Assembly: GCF_006345805.1 (NCBI RefSeq)
Contig: NC_043011.1
Span: 11,718,001 to 11,782,000 of the forward strand
Source: Octopus sinensis
Lineage: Eukaryota
DNA: 64,000 nucleotides
Direction of reading: 5' to 3'
A program made the position numbers and the translations under genes. Shown piece after piece: positions 40,335 to 54,450 of the stretch (position 1 is its first letter; every line of letters begins with the position of its first letter). The notes beneath the pieces were generated by a model. That model did no database searches. It was not told the origin of the DNA and saw only the letters and a list, made by a program, of their open reading frames with translations.

Positions 40335-40715
40335 AGATGGTGAGCTGACAGAGTCGTTTACATGCCGGACAACATACCCAGCGGTTTTTAATCCGTCTTC
40401 ACGTTGATTTCAAATTCCACCGTGGTCGACTTTGCCTTCCATCCTCTCGGGGTCGATGAAATAAGTACCAGTTGAACACTGAGGTCGATACAATTGACTT
40501 GTCCTTTCCCCCCAAATTTCTCGCCTTGTGTCAAAATTTGAAATCAGTATTAAGGTGGTTAGCTGGAAGAATCGTTAGCTGGCCGGGCAAAATACTCCGC
40601 GGCTCTTCGTACGCCGTTACGTTCTGAGTTCAAATTCTGCCGAGATCGAATTTGCTTTTCATTCCTTCGGGGACAATAAAATAAGTACCAGCTGATCACT
40701 GCGGTCAATGTAATG
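40335..40715 (+). mobile_element. Two head-to-tail SINE family C copies
   Basis: Two successive agctg..agaatcgtta..gccgg heads at about 40340 and 40553. Confidence 0.75.
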
Positions 40716-40731
40716 GATTTATCCCATCCCT

Positions 40732-41036
40732 TGTGGAAGCACATGGCCTAGTGGTTAGGGCAGCGGACTCGCGGTCGAGGGATCGCAGGTTCGAATCTCA
40801 GACCAGGTGATGTGTGTGTTTATGAGCGAAAACACCTAAGCTCCACGCGGCTCCGGCAGAAGGTAATGGTGAAACTTCTGCTGACTCTTTCGTCACAACT
40901 TTCTCTCACTCTTTCCTCCTGCATCTTGCCGCTCACCTGCGACGGACCGGCGTCCCGTCCAGGTGGGGATCCTATACGCCAAGAAACCGGGAAACCGGCC
41001 CTTATGAGCTAGGCAGGACTCGAGAAGGAACAAACA
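40732..41036 (+). mobile_element. SINE family B (tail type 1) with TSD
   Basis: TSD tttatcccatccc at 40718-40730 and 41037-41049. Confidence 0.9.
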
Positions 41037-41174
41037 TTTATCCCATCCCACGAAATTGCTGGCCTTGTACCAAAATTTGAAATCAATAAATAGGGTAAAG
41101 CGTATTGCTTATTATAAACCGAATTTTTATTGCCCCACGGTGCGAACTTTCAGGCGAATCACAAAATTTTTTCA

Positions 41175-41385
41175 TCTTTTACCTTTTACTTGTTTATGGC
41201 ATTAGACTGCGACCATGTTGGAGTACCGTCTTGAAGAATTTCAGTTGAATGAATTGACCTCAGTGCTTTTCTTTTTAAGCCTGGTACTTATTCTATCGGT
41301 TTCTTTTGCTAAATTACGTAAGCACACCAACACCGGTTTTCAAGTGGTGATGGGCACAGACACAGACATAAAGACACACTCACAC
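41175..41385 (-). mobile_element. SINE family A, diverged 3' half
   Basis: Homology to other copies. Confidence 0.7.
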
Positions 41386-41470
41386 GCGCGCGCGCACACG
41401 CACACATAGAGTATATATATGTAATACACACACACATAGAGTATATATATATAATACACACACACATGTT

Positions 41471-42687
41471 AGAAGTAAATAGACACCCCATAAAACATCG
41501 TTTTCTGCTTATTGTAACATGTAAAGGTTTATATTTTTTTATTAATTTGACATTTTTATGTTTCAGATTCTAAATGTGACTGTTTAATCATGCCATGTAC
41601 AAAAGAGGCCTTGGAACTGTCAGAATTTCAAAGAGGCCATATTGTGGGTCATTCTGAAGGTGGACATGGTCAGCATAAAATTGCAGAAAACCTTGGGATC
41701 CCACTTTCTACAGTTAATAGAACGATTGAGCAGAGAGGGGAAGGAGTACACATCACCTTGTCCAGATCAACCAGGGCCCTCTAACAGGACCCTTCTCTTT
41801 GCTAAGAGAAATGTGGAGGATAATCCTCGTTGCAAGACCTCTGACATAGCAGAGCAAGTTGATGTCAGTCCTAGAACAGCTGTCAGGTATCTCCACAAAC
41901 TTTGTTACAATGGCAGAACAGGAAGAAGGAAGCCACAGCTTTGACCAGCCAATATGAAGTGGAGAAAAGATTGGGCCAGTGAGATAGTAGAGAGGACATT
42001 AGCATTTTGGGACGTTGTCATATTCTCTGATGAGTCCAGATTTGCTGTATTTCCTAACAGTGGTCGAGTGTGGGTATGGAGACTTTGTGATCAAGAATTT
42101 GATGTGAAAACATTGCAACCAACAATGAAACAGCAGATATTCTGTGATAGTCTGAGAAACAATTTGGAGCAATGGTTGATCAGAGCTGGTGGAGTGTGAG
42201 GGAAAGATAAACTCTAATAAATACGTGTCCATATTGCAGAAAGGACTCCTTCCAAACTTCTCCAGTGGTGAAATGATTAAATAAGACTCTATTTATGGAA
42301 GATGGGATTCCTTGCCACACGGTTAAAATGACCCAAGATTTGTTGGAAAAGAATGGCATTTGAAAGCTTCCATAGCCAAGCCAATCAGCAGATATGAACC
42401 CTATAGAACACCTCTGGGGCATAATGGTTAGGATATTTCATAAACAGAACAAGAAAGCATCTTCAAAGCCAGATCTTTTGAGACTATTGCATGACATTTA
42501 GCAAGAAATTCCGCAAGAGAATATTCACCATCTGATCAGTAACAAGCCTAATAGGAGCCTTGCATTGAAAAAGGCAAAGCGCATGTCAGCCAAATATTAA
42601 ATGTTCACATTATAACAACTAACAAATAGTTTGAATGTATAATTTCTGATTTAAATAAATTTTAATGATTATAAGAGTGTCTATTTA

Positions 42688-42692
<5 letters not shown>
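41471..42692 (+). mobile_element. Near full-length degenerate Tc1 transposon
   Basis: TIR agaagtaaatagacac at 41471-41486 and its reverse complement at 42677-42692. Motifs [28 protein letters not shown] and WPSQSADMNPIEHLW; stops and frameshifts. Confidence 0.9.
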
Positions 42693-42734
<42 letters not shown>

Positions 42735-42740
42735 ACACAA

Positions 42741-42783
<43 letters not shown>

Positions 42784-43001
42784 CAGATAAAGAAATCATT
42801 TTATTCTCAAACGCAGGATAATACATGAACAAGATAAACTATCCATATTTTGCAGAAACAACAGTCGGTGGCCAGCTATGAGACTCGACCTCACAATCTT
42901 GGCTGCCGACAGATTTTTCTGAAAAATATGGATATTTTTCTTGTTCATGCTATATTATTAGGAATATCCTGCGTTTGAGAATAAACTTATTTCCTTATCT
43001 G
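42784..43001. mobile_element. Fold-back MITE with TA TSD (Tc1/mariner-derived)
   Basis: ta|cagataaagaaat...ttattctcaaacgcaggata pairs with tatcctgcgtttgagaataa...ttatctg|ta. Confidence 0.75.
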
Positions 43002-43451
43002 TATCTTTCAATACATCTCAACGCTTCTAAAGCAAACGTAAGTTGAATTTAATATACATACATACATACATACATACATACATACATACATACATGCATG
43101 CATGCATGCATGCATACATACATACATACATACATACATACATACATACATACATACATGCATGCATGCATGCATGCATGCATGCATACATACATACATA
43201 CATACATACATACATACATACATACATACATACATACATACATACGTACATATATATATATATATACATACATATATATGTATATATATAACCGAAGAGG
43301 TGGTGTTGTGGATTTCCACCTCGGCATCCGGAACTCAGAGTTTTATCTTGGCTATTGAATAATTGTCACATATTATTTTACGGATAAATTTCCTCTATTT
43401 ACATAATATTGAGGTCTCTTTCTTTCTTTTGTTATCTTACCGTTTTTACCA

Positions 43452-43494
<43 letters not shown>

Positions 43495-43616
43495 ACACAC
43501 ATACATACATACATACATAACAACATACATACATACATACATACATATCATGCATACATACATACATACATACATACATACATACATACATACATACATA
43601 CATACATACATGTATA

Positions 43617-43655
<39 letters not shown>

Positions 43656-43892
43656 TACACATGTATCGTCACTAGCTCATGTATCTGAAAAAGAAGCACA
43701 TCTAAAACATTAGAGCAATATTATATATTTTAGGAAGTTGATTGTTATGGCCGGTCATAGAGTGACCATTGGTTTAACACCTATAAAACGCTTAGCCATG
43801 TAGGCGACTCACTAGACATAAATGCCGGAAACGTATAACCTCTCTATAACTGCATGAAGAAGTATGTCACAGTCAGTTAGTTTTGTGAACAA

Positions 43893-44084
43893 AAGCCTTG
43901 TAAGTGGATTTGATAGACAGAAACTGAAAGAAGCCCGTCGTATATGTGTGTATTTTTGTGTCTGTATTTGTCCCCACCATCACTTGACAACTGATGTTCG
44001 GCAAAAGAGTCTGATAGGCTTACAAGGAATAAGTCCTGGGATCGATTTGTTGGACTAAAGGCTGAACAAATAAAAGAATAAGAG

Positions 44085-44086
<2 letters not shown>
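43893..44086 (+). mobile_element. SINE family A, internally deleted
   Basis: Homology to other copies. Confidence 0.75.
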
Positions 44087-44157
<71 letters not shown>

Positions 44158-44432
44158 AATGTGAAGGAGAATTGAAATAAGGTTCAACAATTTATACAAG
44201 CATATGTTTCCATAGATCGATGAATACTTATTTATGTATTCATAGATTTTTAATGTTTTAATATTTTAATGATTGACACATTTGTATATTTAAAAACTGA
44301 TATACATCGATCCATGGCGTAATATATGTTTATATAAATTATTGATCCTATTTGAACTCTCCTTAACATTTTTTATCTGAGCACTTCAAACTACTGCCAA
44401 TACAATACACAAAGAAATTTTACTATATATAT

Positions 44433-44900
44433 ACAGGGTGCGTAAGGTATTAGAGAACATGCATTTTTTGGCTAATTGCTCCTTTTTTTGTTAACTCTGT
44501 ATAATCTTCGTTTCAGAAAATAATAATGGCAAACCCTCAGCTTACTCAAGAAACGAAGAGGCATGCTGTTATTGTGGTTATAAAGGCTGAGCATAGCGAT
44601 TTAGAAATATCTCGATTTTTAAAAATTGCCCTATCTTTCGTCTACAAAGTTTGTAAGGAGTTAGAGACTAAAGATGGAAATGTATCACAAGTATCAAAGC
44701 ATAAAAAGCATTCTAAACGCTCTGAAATCATCAGAACACTTAAATTTATCCGGCAAGTTCAACAAACGATCTCCAAGCTGAAAAATCTATCAGAAGATTT
44801 GATGTGGTTTTTCTCAAACGAGAAAAATTTCGACCAAGATCACAAAGTTAACCGAAGAAATGACAGATGGTTATGTGCATACCCTTCCTGCGACTGTCAT
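44433..44900 (+). mobile_element. Internally deleted DD37D (maT-like) transposon
   Basis: TA+CAGGGTG terminus; KRHAVIVVIKAEHSDLEISRFLK HTH fused to WFFSNEKNFDQDHKVNRRNDRWLC. Confidence 0.75.
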
Positions 44901-45758
44901 AAATAAATATAAATATACTGCGACAGTATAAAATAATTATTTTTCTCGTAAAATGTATCGAGATTATTTTACACTGGTGGCTGCTGTGATTTCGGCGCAA
45001 AACGAATCAGTTGTGGCACAGACTTCAAAACGATGGCTTGGGAATCTCTAATCATGGTAACGCGTGCCGAAGAAGCTAACGCTTATTTTGCCAGTGCAGA
45101 AACCGGTCCACGTGAGTCCAGATACTTAAATGTATGTTATGAGAACGGGACCAATGGATAAGGTGTAGGTGTGAATTTCACTCCTTTCATCAATAACCGA
45201 AGTTCGTCACTGTCTATATTTCTTTTTGACTGATTAATAATTTTAGGGTCCATCTTATCAGTTGTTCCACAGGTGTTTCTTCTTGGACTTTTTCTTTCTC
45301 CGGTGTTTACTGTCCTGACCCCAAAAAATAGATTCTTTTTTTTTGTCTATTATTTCTTCTGTTCTTAACATCTTTTCTCTGGTGAGTTTTGTATTTTGGT
45401 TGTGGCGTTCGGTTAGGCATGTTTTTTTCTCTTGTTCCTAGGTTCGGCTATATTATTTATATTTTCAGTTTCTGAAAAGTTTTTGGGTCTATATGTATCA
45501 AAGCGAAATAGAGGCGACTGAAGAAGGGGAATTTTCCTTGTGTTGTATGTCTTGTACTCTATTTTTTCGTTTTTTTTTTTTTCGTTGTTTAAGAAAAATG
45601 TCCATTTCCTTGGTTTTGTGTTTATGTTTTCGTTTCTCATTGTGTTCGACGTTTTTTTGGTGTCCTGTACCCATATATGCATGTATATATACATATAGAT
45701 GTAGGTACGTACATATATGTATGTATATATGCATATGTTTTATTTATTATTTTGTTAT

Positions 45759-45789
<31 letters not shown>

Positions 45790-45847
45790 AAGTGTGTGTA
45801 TACATGGATTTATATATGTATATACATAAACAAATAAGGTGCAAATA

Positions 45848-46345
45848 AGGAGTGGCTGTGTGGTAAGTAGCTTGCTTACCAACCACATGATTTCGGGTTC
45901 AGCCCACTTCTACTATAGCCTTTGGCTGACCAAAGACTTGTGAATAGATTTGGTAGACGGAAATTGAAAGAAGCACATCGTGTTTGCCCCCACACCATCG
46001 CTTGACAACCGATGTTAGTGTTTATGTCACCGTAACTTAGCAGTACGGCAAAAGTGACTGGTGTAATGAGTACTAGGTTTACAGAGAATAAGTCCTGGGA
46101 TTGATTTGTTCGACTAAAGGCGGTGCTCCAACATGGCCGCGGTCAAATGACAGAAACAAAAAAAATATAGGCGCAGGAGTGGCTATATGGTAAAAGCTTC
46201 CTTCCCAACCACATGGTTCCGGGTTCAGTCCCACTGCATGGCACCTTGGACAAGTGTCTTCTACTGTTGCCTCGGGCCGACCAAAGCCTTGTGAGTGGAT
46301 TTGGTAGACGGAAACTGAAGAAGCCCGTGGTATATATATTATATC

Positions 46346-46377
<32 letters not shown>

Positions 46378-46620
46378 ATATATATATTGGTGTGTGTGGT
46401 GTGGTGTGTGTGTGTGTGTGTGTGTGTGTGTATTTGTGTGTCTGTGTTTGACCACCTACTATCGCTTGACAACCGATGTTGGCATGTTTATGTCCCCGTA
46501 ACCTTAGTGGTTCGGCAAAAGAGACGGATGAAATGAGTACTAGGCTTACAAAGAATAAGTCCTGGAGTTGATTTGTTCGACTAAAGGCGGTGCTCCAGCA
46601 TGGCTGCAGTCAAATGACTA
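45848..46620 (+). mobile_element. Two head-to-tail SINE family A copies
   Basis: Heads at about 45848 and 46169. Confidence 0.85.
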
Positions 46621-46626
46621 AGGGAT

Positions 46627-47050
46627 AGAAGTACCCATTATACTATGTTCCTCAATATTTCTCCATTTTCTGTTTTCTTTATTTTGTCTAACAGGAGTTG
46701 GACAAAATAAATGGAACACGTATTAAATTCAGCTTTCTGAACAGCTTCGATGCGTCTAGAAATTGATTCATACAACTTCTTGACTTCATTGAGAGGAATC
46801 TTGAGCCATTCTTCCCGCAGAACCTGCTCCAGCTGTTGTAGACACAACGGTGCAAAGTAACGACTTCTAAATTGTCGCTCCAAGATGCACCACAGATGCT
46901 CAATAACATTAAGATCTGAAGATTGAGGGGGCCACTTCATGTGTTGTAGCTCACTACTATGCTCTTCGTGCTAATTCTTAACCACATGGGAGGTGTGTAT
47001 TGGAGCAGTGTCATCTTGGAAGCTGCACTCACCATCAGGGAATACTGTCT
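46627..47050 (-). mobile_element. Tc1 transposase 3' fragment
   Basis: FQDDTAPIH..WPPQSSDLNVIEHLW...EEWLKIP..LYESISRRIEAV. Confidence 0.85.
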
Positions 47051-47422
47051 GGACCATGGGAAGCACTTGATTTTCCAAATATTCAGATAATCATTGTTAT
47101 CACAGTCATTCTCTTTTAGTGCCTTATTATTTAACACACCCACCGGTAAAATTTCCACTTATTTCTTATTTTTATTTTCTAAAATTTTCGTTGCGTCTTG
47201 CAACCTTTTCAATAGTCTTGACTCTCAAGACTATTGAAAATAATAAGGCACTAATAAGGCACTAAAAGAGAATGACTCTCCCCAGACACACAGAATATGC
47301 TTCACACACAAACTCATATAAAGAATCTTGCAATCAAATCCCAAAACGAAATATATACATACATACACACATATATATATATATATTATATATATATATG
47401 TACATATATATATATATTATAT

Positions 47423-47471
<49 letters not shown>

Positions 47472-47639
47472 CTTATAAATAAGGGCACACGAAAAATTTC
47501 TTATGCCAAATATGCAGAAATTGAACCATATAATTTTTCACAATACGTACACTACTAAATATAAATTTATGTATATATATATGTACATACATACGTACAT
47601 ATAGATAGATAGACAGATAACTAGATATGTGTGTATATA

Positions 47640-48437
47640 TGAGTGTGTGCTTTTATTTGTCCCCCCCTACCGCTTTGCAATCGGTGTTGGTTTGTTTACT
47701 TCTTCGTAACTTAGCAGTTCGGTAAAAGTGATCGATAGAATAAGTACCAGATTTAGAAATTAATGTAATGAAGTCCATTTATTCGACTGAACCCTTTATG
47801 GTCGTGCTCCAGCATGACCGCATGCCTATGACTGAAAAAAGTAAAAAATAAAAGATGGGCGTGGCTGTGTGGTAAGTAGCTTGTTTACCAACCACATGGT
47901 TCCGGGTTCAGTCCCACTACGTGGCACCTTGGGCAAGTGACTTCTGCTATAGCCTCTGGCCGACCAAAGCCTTGTGAGTGGATTTGGTAGACGGAAACTG
48001 ATAGAAGCCCGTCGTATATATGTATATATATGTATGTGCGTGTATGTTTGTGTGTCTGTGTTTGTCCCCCTAGCATTGCTTGACAACCGATGCTGGTGTG
48101 TTTATGTCCTCCATAACTTAGCGGTTCGGAAAAAGAGACCGAAAGAATAAGTACTAGGCTTATAAAGAATAAGTCCCGGGGTCGAGTTGCTCGACTAAAG
48201 GCGGTGCTCCAGCATGGCAGCAGTCAAAATGACTGAAACAAGTAAAAAGAGAAAAGAGAAAGAGAATAGGAAGGCGCAGGCGTGGGCTGTGTGGTAAGAA
48301 GTTTGCTTCCCAACCCGATAGTACAGGGTTCAGGCCCAGTCATTGCCTGGCACCTTGGGCAAGTGTCTTCTACCGTAGCCTCGGTTTGTGTGTGAGTTTA
48401 GTAGAAGGAAACTGAATAAAATCCCGTCGTACCTGTA

Positions 48438-48468
<31 letters not shown>

Positions 48469-48785
48469 ATGTATGTGTGTGCGTGCGTGCGTGCGCGTGT
48501 GTTTTTGTGCTTTCCTCTCTCTGTTTGTCCACCACCACCACCACCACCACCACCACCACCACCATCACCACCACCACCGCCGCCTTTTGAAAACAAGTGT
48601 TGGTGTGTTTACGTCCCCGTAACTTAGCTATTCAACAAAAGAGACCTCGCTTAAAAAAACAAAAAACAACAAAAAAAAACAATAATTACTGGGGTTCCAT
48701 TCATTCAACTAAAATTTCTTGAATGCGCTGCCCCAGCATGGCCGCAGTCTAATGACTGAAACAAATTAAAGATAAAGAATAAAAA
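47640..48785 (+). mobile_element. Three head-to-tail SINE family A copies (first lacks head)
   Basis: Heads at about 47856 and 48269, each following the tail of the previous copy. Confidence 0.85.
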
Positions 48786-48867
48786 CATACATGCATACAT
48801 GCATGTATGCGTGCATACATAACTACATAAATATATACATACATACATACATACATACATACATACA

Positions 48868-48899
<32 letters not shown>

Positions 48900-49106
48900 C
48901 ACATATATACATACATGCATATATAGATACATACATGGATACATACATACATACATACATACATACATACATACATGCATACATACATACACATAGGAGC
49001 GAATTCATATATACATGCGTAGATATACACATATATACATACATATATATATATACATACACACACATACATACATACATACATACATACACACACACGC
49101 ACGCAC

Positions 49107-49137
<31 letters not shown>

Positions 49138-49308
49138 CATACACACACATACATACATACATACATACATACACACACACGCACGCACACATACATACAT
49201 ACATACATACATACATACATACATACATACATACGTACATACATACATACACACACACACGCACGCACACATACATACATACATACATACATACATACAT
49301 ACATACAT

Positions 49309-49351
<43 letters not shown>

Positions 49352-50517
49352 GAGGAGCGAATCCATCTTTCTTCGGCAATGACATCCCACAAACTTCAGT
49401 CTGCCTTATTCGACGGTTTCTCTAAATTCTTTCCATCCTTTTCTCCTTCTCTCCGCATTTTCTCATTCATGTCTTTCTTCTTTTTCTTAACCGCGAATTT
49501 CTTCTCTTCCTATATTTCATTTATTATCATTATTATTATTACATTGACATTTCCCCGTTGCCCCTCCTACTTCTTCGGGCCATGGCTCTTTCTCCCCTGC
49601 AGCTTACCCCACCTGCCTTCAATATCCAGCGGCGTATCAGACAACAGCAGTTGCAAGGGCAATGTTATTGGCTGGCTGTTGAGCTTTTCCTTAAGAAACC
49701 AGCTAAAGAAACACAAACGAGAAAGAAGGCGTGGTCGAAGAGGAAACTCTGTTCTTTTCTCAGTTGTATTCTGAGCAGCAGATTCGTAAGACGCCGGTGA
49801 AGAGGCGCTCGGCTTGGATGTTATTATTGTACGTCGATGGTTCAGGTTCGGTTCGGTTCCTTTCCCTTTATCAGTGACCATTGATTGATTGACATAACGC
49901 AAAATACAACAACGGCAAACAACAAAAATTACACACACACACGCACACGCACGCACACACACACGCACGCACGCGTACACACACAGACACACACAGACAC
50001 ACATACACACACACACGCACGCACGCATACACACGCACGCACGCATACACACGCACACACACGCACGCACGCATACACACACATACATACGCACATAATA
50101 CATACATACACACATACATACATACACACAAACACACACACATACATACATACATGCATACACACATACATACACACAAACATACATACATACATACATA
50201 CATACACACACACATACATATACACATACACACATACATACATACACGCACATACATACACACATACATACATACACACACACATACACACATAACATAA
50301 AACAGCAGATTAAAACAAACGCGTTGAAAATCACACAAAAAACCCCCCAAACAAACAAAATCTGAAAGACTACATCATATCAGATAATACAAGTCGACAC
50401 AGCGACCAATATAAAACAAATGTTAAATAAACACTGTAGCTGGGCACACGACCTGGAACAGGAATAGAAACTACGTCACCCCCAACCATCATAACAAATA
50501 ATACTGACAATATCTGT

Positions 50518-50745
50518 TTCTTTATTACCCACAAGGGGCTAAACATAGAGGGGACAAACAAAGACGGACAAACGGATTAAATCGATTACATCGACCCCAG
50601 TGCGTAACTGGTACTTAATTTATCGACCCCGAAAGGATGAAATGTAAAATCGACCTCGGCGGAATTTGAACTCAGAACGTAACGGCAGACGAAATACGGC
50701 TACGCATTTCGCCGGCGTGCTAACGATTCTGCCAGCTCGTCGCCT
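50518..50745 (-). mobile_element. SINE family C
   Basis: Homology to other copies. Confidence 0.88.
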
Positions 50746-51010
50746 GTACTAACAATATCATCCACACATAATATCCTTAAAAACTAACTCCCACCGGATA
50801 TCGTAACCTTTTCCCCTCCCATTCACAATTTTTTCCGTGATTACATCTTAAATGATGTGTTTGCTGGATATTTGACGCTTGTTCGGTTGGTTGTGCCACA
50901 AGTCATTTTATATACATTTGTTGGATTCTGTTTAGAGGAAATGTAGAAACCGACAGTCACCACCACCACCACCACCACTACCACAGCTGCCGCCGTCGCC
51001 TCCGCCGCTG

Positions 51011-51060
<50 letters not shown>

Positions 51061-51317
51061 GCTGCTACCTCGCGGTCGAAGAAAAAGAAAGCTACGTTAG
51101 TTAAAAATTCCAAATGGACTGAACAATAGGAAATAACGATTGTTTTTGCTTGCGTGGATTTACTTTTGGATGTGGAAGTGAGCAGGAGTCTTTACACAGT
51201 CTCCAACATTTCTAAACTCGTAATACATGCCGTCGCATATACATACATACATACATACATACATACATACATACATACATACATACATACATACATACAT
51301 ACATGCATACATGCATA

Positions 51318-51418
51318 CAGTATTATGGCTGCCCCCTCGTTATCGAGTATGGCCATTGCACGAAGCTTAACTGTTACTGGTGCTGTGATCGAATGTGAAT
51401 TTTTTTAGCCCAGTTAGA

Positions 51419-51420
<2 letters not shown>
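51318..51420 (-). mobile_element. Short 5'-truncated RTE 3' UTR within (CATA)n
   Basis: Matches 30158-30230. Confidence 0.75.
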
Positions 51421-51469
<49 letters not shown>

Positions 51470-51614
51470 CATGCATACATACATACGTACTTATGTACAT
51501 ATATACATGCATACATACACACGCACACAGCTAACCCTCTAATGTAGGAATTGTTTACAGTTACTAATAGTTTACAGTTACTTGTAGATTTATCCAGGTT
51601 GGTAATCTTCAAAC

Positions 51615-51704
<90 letters not shown>

Positions 51705-51711
51705 GTCTATC

Positions 51712-51753
<42 letters not shown>

Positions 51754-51845
51754 GCTGTTTGTCAATCTATCTGATTATGTGAGTATACACACACACATAC
51801 ATACATACATACATACATACATACATACATACATACATACATACA

Positions 51846-51877
<32 letters not shown>

Positions 51878-52261
51878 CATAAACTCACACATATACAAAC
51901 ACACACGTACACTCATATACATACATGGAGAGAGCGAAAGTAAGAAAGGATAAGAGGGAGTGAAAAGGAAGGGAGTGAGAAGTAACTTACAGATGGGAAT
52001 TTGCCACCAAAACACATTGCTCTACAGATTCCTGGAATGTTTTATGAAGAAAGATCAACTACTTACCGATTCCAGTTGCCCCGTTTCCTACATTCTTCCA
52101 TCTAGATACCTATACAGCTATATGGCTACACAGTACATATATATTCATAAAAGTATACATGTATGAAGTTACATAACTGCACAACTACACAGCAAAACAT
52201 TAACTGAATTGCATGTCAGAGCATTTACTTTCTGAATCAAGTTAAAAGAAAGGTAAAAAAA

Positions 52262-52297
<36 letters not shown>

Positions 52298-52539
52298 GAA
52301 GGATGATGATGCGATACTACGTCAACGTTAGTCAATAAGTGGTTTCTTCGACTACCGTTAACCCTTACGTTTCAAAAAGCCTTTCAAAACAGGGAGCTGT
52401 TTTTTTTTGTTGTTTTTTTTTACTTATACTACATCAAAGACTATTTACAATTTGCCAATTCATTAACCATCTGCGGTTAACTTGGAAAAGGCAAGCCAAA
52501 TTTTCTTGTGTTAAGAAGAAAATCAACTAAGAATAAAAA

Positions 52540-54274
52540 ATGCTGACGCCATTTTCCATAGAAAATATCTTGAGGCGGACATGTCAGAAGACGTCAGACA
52601 AATTGTCGACACAGAAGGGACCACTACGTTCAGACAGACGAACGCTTGTTTATACAGATGCAGTCAGTGTTAATAGACCGACGCTATGGTCTAAAAGTCT
52701 TTCAGTTAGTCAGCAACATAAGTTTTATCATCGTGAAGTACGGCATCTACAGCAGCAACACCAACATCCACTACAATACCGTCGACGGCAGCAGCAGCAA
52801 CAACAGCAGCAACAGCAACAACAGCAATTCCATCACAGTCATTACCAGCAACAGCTATATCTACAACCACAACTACATCACCAGCAACAACTACAGCAGC
52901 AACAACAAAAACTGCAAGAACAACATAGGAATCACCATCACGATGACCAAGTGCAAAATCATCATCAAAAGTTTCAACAAATCTATGAGCTTCATAAACA
53001 GTCGGAAGAGCTCTTGTATCACCAGCAGAAATTCCATTATTTATATTCAAATGACAGTTATAATCGAGAGACTAGTCTCTCGAGTAGAGAAGGGGAAGAG
53101 CATGAAGAAAAAGAACACAAACAAGATGTCGAAGTTTTATCTCAATCCGATGCTGAGGACCAATTAGATTTAGCGAACGATTTCGATGGTAACGACAATG
53201 ATAACGATGATGAGGGTAGCGAGAATACAGACGGAGATGATGAAAGCAAGCAAAGCCATAAAGGTGAAACAGAAGAAAATGAAGGAGAGGGAGGAGGAGG
53301 GGGAGAAGAAGAAGAAGAAGATGAAGAAGAAGATGAAGAAGAAGAGGAGGATGATGAAGAGGAAGAGGAAGAGGAGGAAGAAGAAAAAGAAAAAGAAGAA
53401 CAAATAACAGAACCAGAAGTAAAATACAAAAAGGGGGAAAGAAATGAAAACAGTTACGCCAAAGAGGAAATTCCAATACATGTGAAAGAAGAAGTTAATA
53501 CCAGCATCCAGTTTCTTGAGAGACATTGTCACCACAAACATCATCATCAACACCACCATCTTCATCGTGAACAACAACATCGACATTATCACCATCAGGA
53601 GAACTGTCAGAGTCAACAACAGCAGCAATCACAGGAACCGACGGTATTAAATGGCGTTAAAATATTAGCAGACGACACACATCGTGAATCGTTGTTGGCT
53701 TTCAGTAAGACTTCACAAGATGACACCACTGTTACCAATGCTACTACTTCATTCCCTACCACAGCAACTACTGCTGGTGTTTTAAAAAATATTTCTACTA
53801 GCAATAACAACACCATTAGTATAATTACAACACATACGATCGATGTCAAAGATAGCAAAACATATCACATCAGTAGCACTACCTCAACGACCACAGCCAC
53901 GACCACAACTCCTACTCCATCAACAAACAACATTATAGATATCAACAACACCGCTAACAGCATAAATTTCAACAGCAGCTGCTATTCTCAGAGCAACAAA
54001 AGCAACGTTAATAACAAAACAAATACGACAGTCTCATCACGCAATAATGATGAAAACAACGTAGATGAGGAAAACAAAAGACGAACAATTTCATTTAATG
54101 TTATCAAAAATATACACACCAATGACAATTTTCTGCTTCCACCTATAACTCTAATTAAAAAAGAGTTTGGAGATCGAGACAAGCTGCCTGCGACTAATTC
54201 CACAGGTTGGGAAAATAATATTTTGCCCCACATGGAAAACAGACAAAAGAAAATTGATCTAGCATACGGAAACG
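52540..54274 (+). CDS. First coding exon of a probable NK-class homeobox transcriptional repressor (Lbx/NK3-like)
   Basis: The ORF is open for 587 codons. It has an N-terminal eh1 motif (LTPFSIENIL), polyQ/His, acidic and Thr/Asn-rich tracts, and a GTAAGA donor at 54275 (phase 1). No homeodomain is seen in the window, so the family assignment is inferred. Confidence 0.7.
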
Positions 54275-54450
54275 GTAAGAGACATTCTTTAAATTTCAAA
54301 TGAATGATTCCTTTATATTTTATCTATGGCTTGTTGTTGTAGGATTATATGTAATACTTTAAGAGATAATGCCATAGAGACTATCACAGACATCTATTTT
54401 CGGAGTGATTCAACTCCGGTTACTCATACACGGGTGGCGTATCCGTATAT

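Noticed and set aside
44161-44365. Weak AT-rich fold-back
   Set aside because: Arms are too degenerate to define TIRs or a TSD; possibly an old MITE.
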